64,000 nucleotides of DNA from Orbicella franksi. Taxonomy: Eukaryota. The stretch covers positions 16,306,001-16,370,000 of the forward strand of contig OZ116707.1 of NCBI GenBank assembly GCA_964199315.1. Direction: 5' to 3'. The position numbers and the translations under genes were made by a program. The first letter of the stretch is position 1; each line of letters starts with the position of its first letter. Of the stretch, positions 12,382 to 25,374 are shown one piece after another. The notes below the pieces were generated by a model. That model saw nothing but the letters and a program-made list of their open reading frames with translations. It did no database searches and had not been told where the DNA came from.

Positions 12382-13257
12382 TTACTCGTCTGGAAAGTGA
12401 AATCCTTCAAATACGAAGTCTTCTTCGAGCCCTGGAGGCGGGAAGTGTGCTCGTATGCAACACACAGCACATGATGGCAGAACCACTCGCACTTCCTTTC
12501 CCAAAAGACCCCAGCATCACCTCGCCAACTGCCTGTACGCTATGTGTCTATTTTGTTTGTGAGATGGCCCTTCGTAAGAATCTTGGTATTGTTGCTTGTA
12601 CTGGTACCATGCTGTCTGTAGAACCCAGCGATTCAAACAAACGGCGTGGAACCCTGGATGCTGTGTGATGCAAATGGGAGGTTCGGCCAGTCCTTCTGCC
12701 TCAACAGCTTCATTGTTTTTGGCTACAACGCAGTCAATTTCGGCACAACAAATGCACTCTACAACTCGATTTAGTCTCTGGCAACTTCCACACTTACACC
12801 TAAAATTTCCAATCAAGGTTTTAGCTCATGACCCAGAGCTTGACCTGTGCATATGAATGCAAAAACACATTCCAGCCGAGAATTATTTCACACATCGATA
12901 TTGTGGATATCTGCACACGAAAATACAAGCAAAACAATTCCATCACAAAGACCACGACAAGATAACTTTGTTGTCATCTTGAGCTCATTTATTCACTTAA
13001 AAAATCAAGTTACAAAATTACGGGTTGTAAAGAGAACTAGCCACAAGAAGTAGATTGATCTCTTACCAGTCTGTGTTTTGCAGTCGTTCGAATTCTTCTT
13101 CATCGGACTCATTTGGGGAGTCCGTGTCTGAGCTAGCCTCACTGTCGTAAGGCTCAAAGAGATACGGCTGCGTTCCTTGACAGTTTTCCCAGGTTGTGTC
13201 TTCTGTAGAATGTTCTTGAGAAGAAACAGACGAACTACAGGAATCCCCTGATTCCAT
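12382..13257 (-). pseudogene. KolX-like cysteine-rich protein (P2X7 cytoplasmic ballast/nanor-like), 2 exons 13257-13067 and 12799-12382; nonsense codon at 12517-12519
   Basis: Spliced sequence QPYLFEP...NTDWCKCGSC...ECICCAEI...CITQHPGFHAVCL...HIAYRQLAR*CWGLLGKEVRVVLPSCAVCCIRAHFP; TGA sits where a W is expected. Confidence 0.78.
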
Positions 13258-13699
13258 GCCAACTATAACCTTTGTGAAACAAGCAATGGCGTTAATCGAG
13301 TTCTCCTTTCTACGTCATTGATCACGTGCCTGAAAAGTCGTCTGTTTCACTTCCGGTCCTTGAATTGAGCAAAATTTTGCTTTTCTAGTGCAGTTTTCAG
13401 TCGTTAGAATTTATTTCTCCCGCTTTTTCTGTCTCTCATAAGTTTTTATAGTGCATATGCTACATTTTGAGCAAAAGTCAAAATATAGTGTAGAGTATCC
13501 TTTAATTATGGATATTACAAAAAAAAGATAACACAAGATCTCTTTTGTTAGGTTTTCCCGGTTGGGCTCCCTGTTTGTCACGTGATCTGTTTTCCATATT
13601 TGGCCTCCCACGAGGTCCTCGTGTTCAGTTGAATATAGAGTGTTCCGCCATCTTGGTTTAGTCTTTTATTTGTCCTCCGTATTTGCGAATACAGAACAC

Positions 13700-16600
13700 C
13701 TTTGATCCACAAGATTTTGATCATCTTGGTCCGGAAAATGAAGAAGAAGACAAGGAACTTTGTGAAGTCTTGTAAAAATCACTTCAGGAAATAGATGCAA
13801 ACACGGTACCTGTACTTGAATCAGACCATACTTTAAAAGAGGATAGCAGTGAATGTAATACAGATGGAAAATGGATAAAGATATCAGAATTGAGTGACCC
13901 TGAAAAGAAAGAAGAGGTTCTATGGACAGTATATCTGGCTCGTTTCAGTCATTCTTTGTTGAAGTAGTTTGGGAAGGATGCTATTCAGGCGGTTCAGCAA
14001 GCACATGATACCACTATTATTAACCTACAGCAGGTGAAAAAGCCTTTGCTTTCAGTTTCCAGCTTATTTGCCACAAAAGTTAAAAGGGAACTAATGGAAA
14101 TGAAATCTTTCATCAAAATGCCAGTGCTTGACGAAGTTCACAAAATGTTTGATAGAAATTATAACTTCAGGTCATGTTACGATAGTCTTCAAACATTAAA
14201 GGACGAATTTGAGGGCATCCCTATTATGGCTCTGACTGCCACTCTATACGACACTCAGTTGGTAGGCCTAGCTAACAATTATTTGCGATGTCCTGTACTT
14301 ATCAAAGGAAATGTGAATAAGAATATGAAACTGAATGTTGAAAATTATCAAAAAGTACGCCAAAAAGAGGGTGATGACATGTGGAATGATCTGGCAAAAG
14401 AGTTGCTTAACACAATACAAGATGATTGCTTTTGTATACATGGATTTTAAGGTGGATGTGGAGTGTTTTGTCAAGGGGTTGAAAAAGGCTGGGTTACATT
14501 ATGTGAAGGCATATCATGAAAAAATTTCCAGTGAAATGAAGAGCAGGGTGGACAACGAATTTAGAAACAAAGAATTCCAGGTCCTTGTCACAACTGAAGC
14601 ATAGGAAGTTGGAACTCACAGCCCTCACGTTAACCTTGCATGCGAAATATGACAGTGCTTGTGTAGGAATTTGGTTGAACTGGTAGAAATATCAATTCAT
14701 CAGATGGGATAATTCTTGTTAACGAAAGCATTGATGACCAGCGTCTTATTTATTGAACAAAGGGGTGTCTGTCAAGTGAGAAAGTGCAGTTCTTCTTCTT
14801 AATGCATTGGAAGAGGTTAGGAAACTCCCAATAACAAAAGAAGGAGTTAGCAAAGAAAAAGTTATTTCCCGTCTGGATTTCCTCATCTGACATTCAGGAA
14901 TATTTCGATTCATCGCAAAGTTATTCCAAAGGGAGTACGGATGAATGGTTGACCCATCAAAAATGAATGGTGGTCCATTCACTTAAGTCAACTTATTCGT
15001 CTAGGTCTCGTGAAATTATCTTTTAATGTTTACACTTTTGGATACTTTACAAGATTGTACTCCGTTACAGACAAAGGAAAAACCTTCCTGGAAAAATCAC
15101 ACGATCTGCTTGTATTGAACCCAGAGGCATTTGAACATAGAAAGGCAAAGATGCTAAAACCCCGAGGACATGTAAATCTGCAAACAGGAACAAACATTAC
15201 CTACCTTAGATCCGTGAATTATTACTTGACACCAAAAGTTGGTTGGAACTCAAACAAAGAGGAGTGTATGAATATCCTGGTTTCAAAAACGAAGAAAATT
15301 ATGTTAATTACTGCAAGGATATTAAGAAAGCAGTGAGATTTGGCTCATGCCAAAGACCCCAATTTATGTGAGAGGTAAGAGAGGTACCTCAACACAGTAG
15401 TTGCACCTACAGATCGATATGGAAAACACAGAAGTTTGGGACAAGTGGGCCTTTTGCGAAGGGGTGAAAGTATGTTCTGACATGAAGGTTGCCAATACAC
15501 TGTAAGTAACCAACAAAGAAGAAACAAACGCAAGGATCACACTTCCAGTCACAAGCTTGAGGAAACTGGTAATTGCCCAGTGCAAATTACCTGTGTGGCC
15601 TGCCGCAGATGACGGGAGATGGATAGAAGGAATGGGTGTCTACCTGAAAGAGACCTCAATCATGCGAAACCAGCACCTCACGTCATCTCACAATCCGTTT
15701 AAGATGACATTCACAATGCAATAAAAAAGGATCGTACTCTGATGATGAAACGGTTCCAGAAAGGCCACGGACTTGGATTTCTGCCAGCAGAAAAAGCCCC
15801 CGCCACATCTAATCCAAAGCGAATTAGAAAGGGGAGGCAGTTGGCATTGGAAAGCAGAACAAAAATTCATCCAGGAATTGTCCAACTCCTTCAAGTTCTT
15901 GAATTTGATGAGTTCAGGAAAGAATATGAAGACATGCAAGGAACCATCGATCAGGAATTCTTAGCAAAAGTGAATGAAAAAATGGGGAAGTACCAGATGG
16001 AAGGACGAGAGTACCTGACTTCGCCTTCGAGAAATTTTGCATTCTTTCTTGCCCCCCTATCAAACAGACGTACTGCGAAACACCAAAGATTTATACGTGC
16101 ATATCACATACACAAATAACAATGGATTTCCTTATTTACTTAACATGGTAGCTTTTAATGAAATTACCATGGAGTTTAATGCTGTTGCGAGAGTTCTTTT
16201 GAATAAACCAGACGGTGGTGCCTACCCAATAGCTATTTAGGAAATGTTTACCCACGTGACTAAAATACACCCATTGTTTAAAAATGGGCAGACTCTTAGG
16301 CAGATCATAGTAGATTTTGATCAAGCAGAATACAACAGCTTTGAAAGAAGTATCGGAGCAGAACTATGCGAGAAAATTCTGTGCGGATGTACTGTGCACT
16401 GGAAAACTTCTGTTAATCAAGTAAGTGATATTCTTGTGAAAAGCAAAGAGGAACAAAACTTTTCGCTACACTGGACATGCCACACAAGATCTTACAAGTC
16501 AAACTGACGTCAAGTTGGCTTTTGATGTCCTTTGTGGTGCAAAGAATATAGCGGAGGCAAAACATCTCTTACCACCTGATCTAGGTGCTACTTGTAATCA

Positions 16601-17234
16601 ACAAAACAATGCCCATTGGTCTCAGTCAACACATTGGGTGAGGTGGTGGACAGGAGAGAATTCTAAGAATGTTTTGTAAGGCCTACACTTTACGAGATAA
16701 TCAAGAGTGGGACGTGACACCTAATACTTGCAAAGCCGTTGAGTCCCTAAATCGTCAGGCAATTGGTGAAGGATGTATTAACATTGCAATGCTCATGAAG
16801 AATATTTACATGGAAGACAGGTTACATGACGTCAAAATTGTCGCAAGTGAACAAAACATTAACATAAGTTACGAGAATAACCACCAAGATGCAAAGGAAA
16901 AGAAAAGAAAAAAGAAAATGAATTCTCAATTAAGTTTGAGAGGAACAAAAGTTTGCTAAATGAAAGCGAGGCCCATATGGAACAAACACCTCCCGATAAG
17001 TGAGAGGTTAGACAAACGACCATCAAAACGGAAATTATATAGAGGAGAAAGGATGATTGGGACACAGGTTGAAGTAGAGTACAAAGGGAATGATGATGGT
17101 GTTGTAAAGTATCTTGGATGGATAAAGGCACGATTATGGATTACGATAAAGTGAACAGGTTTTTTGTTCAATTTCTGGATGATGTACACTGGATAAAAAC
17201 TCCAAACAGCAAAGATGTGAGAATAATCAGGTAG
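13700..17234 (+). pseudogene. Decayed RecQ-like helicase followed by a MULE-like DDE transposase region and a Tudor-like tail
   Basis: QPTA.GKSLCFQFPA (~14010-14075), VLDEVH and IPIMALTAT (14125-14245), AYH and QVLVTTEA (14505-14600), then IVDFDQAE and GCTVHW (16305-16400), WVRWW, AVESLN. Many stops and frameshifts. Confidence 0.6.
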
Positions 17235-17531
17235 ACATTCAGGGCCAAGTCACACTAGAGGACGAAACTGTTTACTTATGTCAAAAATCCGTCATCACAA
17301 TGAAAAACCAAGTGCGACCAGTTTGTTCTCCAAAGGACAAAATTTGGTCGCGGACGGACAAACTTCAAAGATGCCGTCAACTACCTCTGGAGCAGGCCAA
17401 ATTGAGACAAATCTTTGAAAACAAAAGCGAGGGTGTTTTGATTCGGAAATGATTTGACAGGTGATATGTAGCGGAGTCTCTATGCGATAGACTTCGCAGT
17501 AAAATGAATCACGTTCTCATTTCGCAACAAC

Positions 17532-18428
17532 ATGAATCCCGGCGCGGGCGACCAATTTTTCCCGTACAAATTTCCACAATATCCACCAGGATGGATCTAT
17601 CCTTTGCCAGGCCCTTACATGTTTAATGATCGAGGAAATCCCAGCCTATCTCCTTCAACCACAAGCACTGACTCGTTGCCAGAATCCCCTCAGTTCAGTG
17701 AAGACAGCTCAATGCCAGCATCAACCTCAACTTCTTCACGCAGTAGATCTTCATCAGCCGAGAACAAGAAGGCTCAGGATAGATGGGGTAAAGAGGAGGA
17801 AAAGCTATTAGTTCAACTGTGGGCTGAAAAACACAAACAGTTAGGAAGTCGAGAGTCAAGGAAAACATGGGCTTGGATCGCCAAGAAGATTTCGAAAACG
17901 CTCGGAACCAACAAGACGGCCGACAAATGCATTCGGAAAATGAAGTATATCATAGAACGATACAAGAATGCAAAAGATTGGAACAAAAACCAAACAGGAG
18001 GAAGCCTCAGGAAATCCGTCTACTACAATGAGGTCGATAAAATCCTTGGATGCCGCGATGTAGTAACCTTCAATCATGTAGCTGAAGCGGGAATCAGCGG
18101 CGAAAGTGCCACTGAAATTGTTACGGAATCTGGTGATAATACTGGCGAGATTAGTACTTCATCCAGCCCCAGTGTGCCAGAAACTCCAGCTGAAAAGAGA
18201 CGAACGTCAAAGAAAGGGAAACGAGCATCGAAACGCAAACCACCTGATAATGAGAGCGACAAAGAGTTCAAAATGGCTCTAAAGGATGTGAGACAGCAAG
18301 GGGAGAAAGTAGCAACCTTTTTGGATTCGTTGCAACAAACACAAACGCAGCAGCTCATCATGATGTGCTAGTTTATGGGATCAATTGTGAAAATCCTTGA
18401 CAACCAACAGAATGAGACAGAGAAATGA
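17532..18428 (+). pseudogene. Harbinger Myb/SANT-like (trihelix) DNA-binding protein; stop at 18369-18371 is probably premature
   Basis: RWGKEEEKLLVQLWAE...WAWIAKKI...KCIRKMKYIIERYK, then a coiled-coil-like C-terminus; the frame continues to TGA at 18426-18428. Confidence 0.75.
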
Positions 18429-18840
18429 ACTTCAATTCAAGACTATTTTTGACTATTGAGAGACAACCATTATCATGTTTATCGTTTATGTTACGAATCG
18501 CTCAAACGAAATTATGGAAACAAATGAAAGTAGTTTTAACCGATTTGTTATTGTTAAGACATAAATTACGTTTACGATACAATTTTCTCTAGAAATCTGA
18601 ACAACAGGTATTTCATTGCCGTGATGGAAATCGTTTCTAATGATTCAACATGAATGCCAAGCACAAATTACAATGCAATATCATAGTATTTGATTGTTCA
18701 TTTTCTTCCATTTTCTTTGTGAAAAATCAAATACAGCAAAAGTTCAAGGTCTAAGGATGAAATAATTAAAATCAGTTTGAAAAAAATCACTGTCTTAGCA
18801 ACTCTCTTATATCTTCCCCGTCTTGCATGAAGTCATTGTT

Positions 18841-21800
18841 GTATCTCGGGCAAAATATCTTAAAGGAACTGATTTCGCTGTGGCATGCGATTTCCCGAAA
18901 GAAATCGTCGACAAGAGAAAAGCACTTGTCCCGATTCTTAAAGACGCAAAGAAGAGAGGTCAAGACGCAAAACTCATCTTCGACAAACTGTACATCAATG
19001 GACAAGTATACACTCCAACCGAATCGCTATAGTCCTTCCAACGGAGCTAACGTAAGATATATTTTTTTCTCTTCTCTTGTTTCTCTGGGTTCCTTGCTCA
19101 GCCAAGCCCAGTTTAAAGGTTAGTTTGTAGATCTCGCTAATGTTTGCCTACAGAGGTCTAGTTAAATACCGAGCAGCATGTGCTCTCTTCATGTTATGTT
19201 TAGTCCCCACGTTCGAGTCACCCCGTTTATATAGTTTAACTTTAATTTCGCATTTTATTTCATTGTTTATAGTGTGTTTGCCGTGTTTGTTGACAGTTCA
19301 AAATCGCTATTTAGCATCTTTCTCAATGAATCACATAGAATCTGTGCTGCAAAAAACCCATGACTGTTCCTTTTAGACTCTCCTTTTGTTCTTTGAATGT
19401 AAGAGGTTTAAACCAAGCTAGAAAGAGGCGGCGGGTGTTCAGATGGCTTCATAACCAAAAATTTGACGTCGCTTTTTTACAAGAAACCTATTCATCCAAA
19501 AGTGTCGAAGAAATATGGAAAGCTGAATGGGGAGGGAAAATTTATTATAGCCACGGTACCACGCATTCAAAAGGTGTGATGGTATTGTTCAAGCCAAATT
19601 TAGATTTTGAAATCGAAAGCGCCATCGCTGACAAGAAAGGTCGGTATCTGTTGCTAAAAACCAACATGTTTGAATCGTCCTTCTTGCTAAGCAATATTTA
19701 CGCGCCAAATGACATTACCGCTCAGACAGCGTTTTTTCGTAACCTTGACAACATTCTTTTACCGTATGCAGATTCACAAATCATTTTAGGAGGCGACTTG
19801 AATTGCTCATTAGCACCTATAGATAAAACAGGTGGAGCTCCGGTTCAAAAGAAACAAAAAGTCATTGATGAGATTGAAGGCTTAGTCGGATGATTCAAAC
19901 TTCAAGACATTTGGAGAGATCAACATCCCAACAAAAAACAATACACATGGTGCGATAATTCCTTGAAAGTGCAATGTCGTTTGGATTACTGGCTTGTTTC
20001 GAAAGAATTGCCGTCTGCCATTGATATAAACATCATCAACCCCACAATATCCGATCACAGCGCTATCGCTTTTACTTTACAATCCAAAGAATATGCTAAA
20101 CGGGGACCCGGGTTTTGGAAAATTAACAACTCGTTGTTAAAAGACGCAAACTTCATTAATGAGCTCAAAAGCAAAATACCCGAATACAAAAATAAACACA
20201 GCTATCTCGCTGACAAAGGCCTGTACTGGGACATGCTCAAAATGGAGATAAGAGGATTTTGCATCCAATATTCAAAAAGGAAAAATAGAATAAAAAGAAA
20301 TAAGGAACGCGACCTTCAAAAAGAAATTGACGACATGATGACCTTACTGCAATCAAATAGATCAAAAGAAAACATTGCGAAGCTTTACCAATTAAGAGCC
20401 CAACTCAACCAGATTGCTGAATATAAAACTGAAGGAGCAATATTAGAAGCAGAATACGTTGGCATGAACAAGGGGAGAAAAACACCAAATACTTTTTAAA
20501 TCTCGAAAAAAGGAGATTCACAAAAACACATATAACTAGACTTAAAACAGACGAAGAAAGGGAAACTACCTGTGAAAATGAGATTTTAGAAATGCAAAGA
20601 GCATTTTATGAAAATTTGTATGCAAAGGCCCCCTGCAATAGTGACACACATAATGCCTTCCTACAAGACCCTAACCTGGTTAAGTTAGAAGAGCACGACC
20701 TGCATGAGCTTGAACAGCTTTTATCTAAAAGCGAGTGTTTCAATGTCCTCAAACAGTGTGCCAAAAACAAATGCCCAGGCAGTGATGGCCCCTCGGTTGA
20801 GTTTTATTTGCACTTCTGACATCTACTCGGCGAAGAAATGGTAGAAAGTTTTAATTACGCCCATAAATTAGGAAAACTAAATATCACTCAAAGACAAGGT
20901 ATAATAAAGGTCATACCAAAAAAACAAAAGAACCGGCTGTATTTAGAAAATTGGAGACCATTAACGTTACTTAATGTTGATTATAAAATAGCAACAAAAT
21001 CAATAGCTCACAGAATCGCTAAAGTCCTTCCCAAATTAATAAATGAAGACCAAACTGGCTATGTCAAGGGCTGCTACATAGGACAGAATATTAGACTCAT
21101 CAATGACATCATGAAGATAACTGAGCTGGAAAACATTCCCGGCATGGCGATTTTTATTGACTTTAAAAAAGCCTTCGACACCGTTGACTGGAACTTCCTT
21201 TTTAAGACCTTGGAGGCTTTAAATTTCGGTCCTCAGTTACAACAGTGGATTCGAACCTTTTACGCTGACTGTTCAAGCTGTGTAACAAATAATGGTTACG
21301 CCTCCGCTTTCTTTAATCTACAAAGAGGTGTTCGCCAAGGGTGCCCACTTTCTGGCTCCCTGTTTGTGCTCTGCGCCGAAATTCTTGCTAACGCAATAAG
21401 GTCTAATGCAGGTATCCAAGGAATCAATATTTACGGAAAAGAATTCAAAATTTCATAATACGCAGACGATACCACTGTTTTTGTTTCCGATAGTATATCT
21501 GCCCAAAATTTATTCCAACTGCTCAATGCCTTTCAAAACTGCTCAGGTCTCGAAGTAAACAAAAGTAAAACAGAGGGCATGTGGCTGGGCGCAAACAAAA
21601 ACAACTTGGAGGAACCTCTAGACATAACATGGCCAAAAGATCCCATACTTGCGCTCGGTATACACTTCTCCTATGATGAAGAGGCTACCTTTCAAAAGAA
21701 CTTTCAACAGAAATTGTCTTCAATGACTTCCCTACTTAACCTGTGGTACCCTAGGAACTTAACTCTACATGGCCGTATTGTCATCCTAAAAGCACTAGCC

Positions 21801-23329
21801 CTTTCCAAACTTATTTATAACACCGCTGTCCTCCCTGTCACATCTAATTTCATTCAAAATGTTAATAAAGTTATATCCCAATTCGTATGGCACAAGAAAA
21901 CCCCAAAGATAAAGCAAACCACAATGATTGGACCGAGAGCAAAAGGAGGTCTTGGAATGCCTGATTTTGATGCAATAAACAACGCTCTCAAAGCGACCTG
22001 GATCCGAAGACTTGATAACGGTTACCCTTCCGCGAACTGGACGCATATCCCTGTTACCATGTTAGAAAAATGTGGTGGCAAATTTCTCCTTAAGTGCAAT
22101 TTTGATCTCAAAAATCTCAATGTAAGAATTCCTCTCAAATTTTACGAGAAAGCCTTGTTGGCTTGGCAGTCAATCAATTTGTTTACTCCGTCCTCAGAAG
22201 AGGAAATACTTGATGAAATTCTTTGGAACAATAGATTCATCAGGATTGGTAACTACTCAGTGTACTACAAAGAATGCCATGAAGCGGGTGTAGAAAAAAT
22301 TAGAGATATCTTCAACGGTGACACATTTACATCTTACCGAGATTTCTGCTCTCACTTTGCCCTTAAAACTAACTTTCTAACCTATTACGGTTTATGCCAA
22401 GCAATTCCATCTAACTGGATTAAAACTTTGAAAGGCAAATTACAGCCGCATTCGAAGGAACCTACAAACATGGATAGAATTCCCCTTGAGAAGCTCTCTT
22501 GCAAACTTGCTACTAACTACCTTGTTGAAAAGAAGTTCGTTTCTGCCACCGCTGAAAAAAGACTGAAAAGAGCTAATTTGAACGACCAGCAAATTTATCA
22601 AACGTACATGATGCCTTTCAAGGCCACTAAAGATATTCAACTCTCGATGTTTCAGTTCAAGATTGTACACCATATTTTACCCACCAATGCTGCATTACAT
22701 AAATTCGGTATTAAAGAGCACGACCGCTGTCATTTATGTGCTGAAAAGCAAACAATTACACATCTCTTCGTAACTTGCCCCAACGTCCAGCTGTTTTGGA
22801 CAGAGTTTACTGATTGGTGGTACAGAAAAAACAATACTGTAATCACGCTCTCTGAAGCACAAATACTTTACGGCATCACAGACACCGTGCCTCTGTGTCT
22901 CGGTTTAAACCTCTGTACAATAATTGCAAAATATTATATTTACACCGCTTCAAAAAATGACGAAGATTATTTCTTAGACGCTTTCTTGGCTATCCTTAAA
23001 AACAAAATAGAAATAGAAACTAGCAGAGCAAAGGTGCAAGTTAAACTGTAAATATAGCTAAATATACTGTAAATTGTTGCTTTTTTGTCTTTTTTTTTTT
23101 TTTGCAGTTTTCACTAGTTCTAGTAACCGTAGTAAAAGTTTGTAGTAATTGGCCGCAATTAAAAAGTAGTGTAACGTAAGCGGTTTAAATAATACTGTTG
23201 TTTCGTCAAGCATTGTAATTAGAGCAAGTTGTAATTAGCGTAAGTAGCTGTATTGTTGTAGTTTTATACGTAGTTTTTTGTAATTAATAATGTAAGTATG
23301 CGTGCTGTAAAAAATAGATAATTAATAAT
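18841..23329 (+). mobile_element. 5'-truncated L1/Tx1-clade non-LTR retrotransposon
   Basis: ORF1 C-terminal remnant (LKGTDFAVACDFPKEI...FDKLYING), ORF2 and an AT-rich tail; ATTGTT duplicated at 18835-18840 and 23330-23335. Confidence 0.88.
19360..23051 (+). pseudogene. LINE ORF2 (APE endonuclease - RT - Zn finger) with several stops and a frameshift
   Basis: SLNVRGL, FLQETY, NIYAPN, GGDLN, RLDY, SDHSAI, GFWKINNSLL; RT WRPLTLLNVDYK, DFKKAFD, RQGCPLS, (*)YADDTT; CHLC...THLFVTC. Stops at about 19891, 20817 and 21456. Confidence 0.9.
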
Positions 23330-25374
23330 ATTGTTCTGTTCGTTTCTGCGGTCATCATCGTCGTCGTTGTAAAAATCATCATCCCATTCGTCCCCAATTT
23401 TAATACAAAAGTTATGCAGCACTGCACAAGCAACGGCAATCTTCACCGAAAATGTTATTCTGCTATCCAACTGCTTTTGTAGAATTCGCCAACGACTTTT
23501 GAGGCAGCCAAAAGCGCATTCGATGACTACTCGTGCAGATGACAGTTCCTTGTTAAATGTTATCTTGCTAGGGTCATGCGTCGCTTCAGGATAAGGCTTC
23601 ATAAGCCAGGGGGAAATAGGGTATGTGCTGTCTCCTACCAGGTAAGGACGAATATCTGTGATACCGATTCTTTCAACAGGTTCTTTCAGTACATCTTCGT
23701 TGCTTGCTCTTTGATAAAGAGAACTGTTTCGATATACCCTAGCATCATGAAGACTTTCTCGATAACCTGCTGCAAAGTCAAGGAATAATCCCTTACTGTC
23801 AGCAATGGCTTGAATCATGAAATCATGTTGCTGATTTCGACTAAAATAATCAACAGCACTGTCTCTAGGAGAATTATTTTGATATGGGTCCCATCTATAG
23901 CTCCAACAATGTTCGGAAGTCATGATTTATCCGTAAATGTCTCTATACATCTCATTGTCTCAGCCACTGTTGTTGGGAATTTGATGTACTCGTTCCTCAA
24001 TTCATAAAGAACCTCAACCACATCTTGACAAACCTCTATCGCTGTAGTTCTACCGACGTTTAGCGCAGGTCCTATGGTTTCATACGAATTTCCATGTGCA
24101 AGGCGAAGCAAACCACAAGCAAGAACCTTTTCAGGAGTGAGACAATTTCGCAGTATTGTATTCTGTCTCGTCAGCCGGTTGCGAATTACATTGAGCAACA
24201 AATTGAAGCTTTCTCTGTTCATTCATAAAAGCCTCAGAAAGTAGTCCCCTGGTATTGTCTGATCAAGGTAATGGATCTCGAACCACGATTCGACTGGACA
24301 AGGAAGAGTTCAATAATATGGTGCTCGTCCTCGATAACGCTTCCGTTGGCGCCAAATAAATCGTATCAATAGCAAGTTTTGTGCTCGTAAATTCTGCATA
24401 AATAACAGGCAGCATATCATTAAATTGATATTTGCCTGCTGCTGAAGAACCAGAAAAAAGAAGAAAACAATCACTGCAAGAATTCTTCATGGTAACATAT
24501 TTTGAGATCCCTTGTGTCACGATTTTGTGGATGTAAACAGCGAGTAAAGGCAGGTTCGCAGGAAATCGCGCACAGGCGCTCACAGCATGGCATGGTGTTT
24601 GTTCACAGATTTTGTTCTCAAGTGCGACTGTAGTCTTCCGGACAAATTTTTTGTCACTGGCCGATTTCAAGTCTGATTTGTCCAGAACAAATCTGAAATT
24701 GCCCTCCAGTGCGACTTGGCCCTCATGCAAAAGAAAATTCAATTGAAAACAATCAATCAGTTATAGAAACTGCCACAGCTGTAGCTACAATTTTGAGAGG
24801 ACTGACGTCCAGTTTCATACTGGTGTTACTTGTCTTAACTCAATATAGCCAGAAAAACCGTACAGATGAAAAAAATGGACTTGAGATCAAGAGGTTTTGA
24901 AACAAGTCAATGACATTTTGGCATAAACAGAGACACCACTGGGCTGAGTTGTTCGAGCCCAAAAATCAATACTTACTAACAGTAGTTAACCTGGATATTG
25001 GAGCTAATCATCCTTCTAAAACCACAGCCCTGGAGCATACATGTTATGAAACAGAGAGATGAGTTCCCAGAAACGACTGTTGCTTTTTTGTTTGCAAGAT
25101 TAATGTTCATTTTATCATCTCTGTAAAAGGAAAAAATGGAGTATACCTTGTAAGGAAGTAGCATAAAAGCATTTAAAATTCTACGTCATAGACCAGTTTC
25201 ATTTTCATGGTTACGTTTTATGGTTCGGGTTGTCTTAAAAAGTCGTTAGCAGCTGTTTTACACGTTTTTGTCATTGATTTAGATTGCTAACCAGTCTCTA
25301 GATGATTAGAGTTAAATAGCTGTAAATAAAACTTAAAATATGAATTATACTCCATATGGGATATTGTGATCGCC

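Larger units (their letters stand above)
8420..13501 (+). mobile_element. Kolobok DNA transposon (about 5.1 kb)
   Basis: TTAA at 8416-8419 and 13502-13505; TIR AGGGATACTCTACAC versus GTGTAGAGTATCCT (1-nt indel); convergent THAP-transposase and KolX-like genes. Confidence 0.85.
18787..24430 (-). pseudogene. Harbinger (HARBI1-like) transposase: about 24430-23336 plus final codons 18834-18787, split by the LINE
   Basis: RMNRESF...LTPEKVLACGLLRLAHGNSY...; SLHDARV, LVGDSTYP, FNKELSSARVVIECAFGCLKSRW, ACAVLHNFC. The acidic tail rejoins as NEQNN-DFMQDGEDIRELLRQ* once the LINE is removed. Confidence 0.85.
17242..24722. mobile_element. PIF/Harbinger DNA transposon containing a nested LINE
   Basis: TCA TSD (17239-17241, 24723-24725); TIR GGGCCAAGTCACACT versus AGTGCGACTTGGCCC; convergent Myb/SANT and DDE_Tnp_4-type genes. 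Confidence 0.88.

Noticed and set aside
12382-13257. Host P2X7 receptor gene
   Set aside because: Only the Cys-rich tail-like domain is present, with no channel domains, and it lies inside Kolobok TIRs.
8420-13501. KolobokP-type long terminal direct repeats
   Set aside because: The two ends share only short inverted repeats; no 450-660 bp direct repeat is visible.
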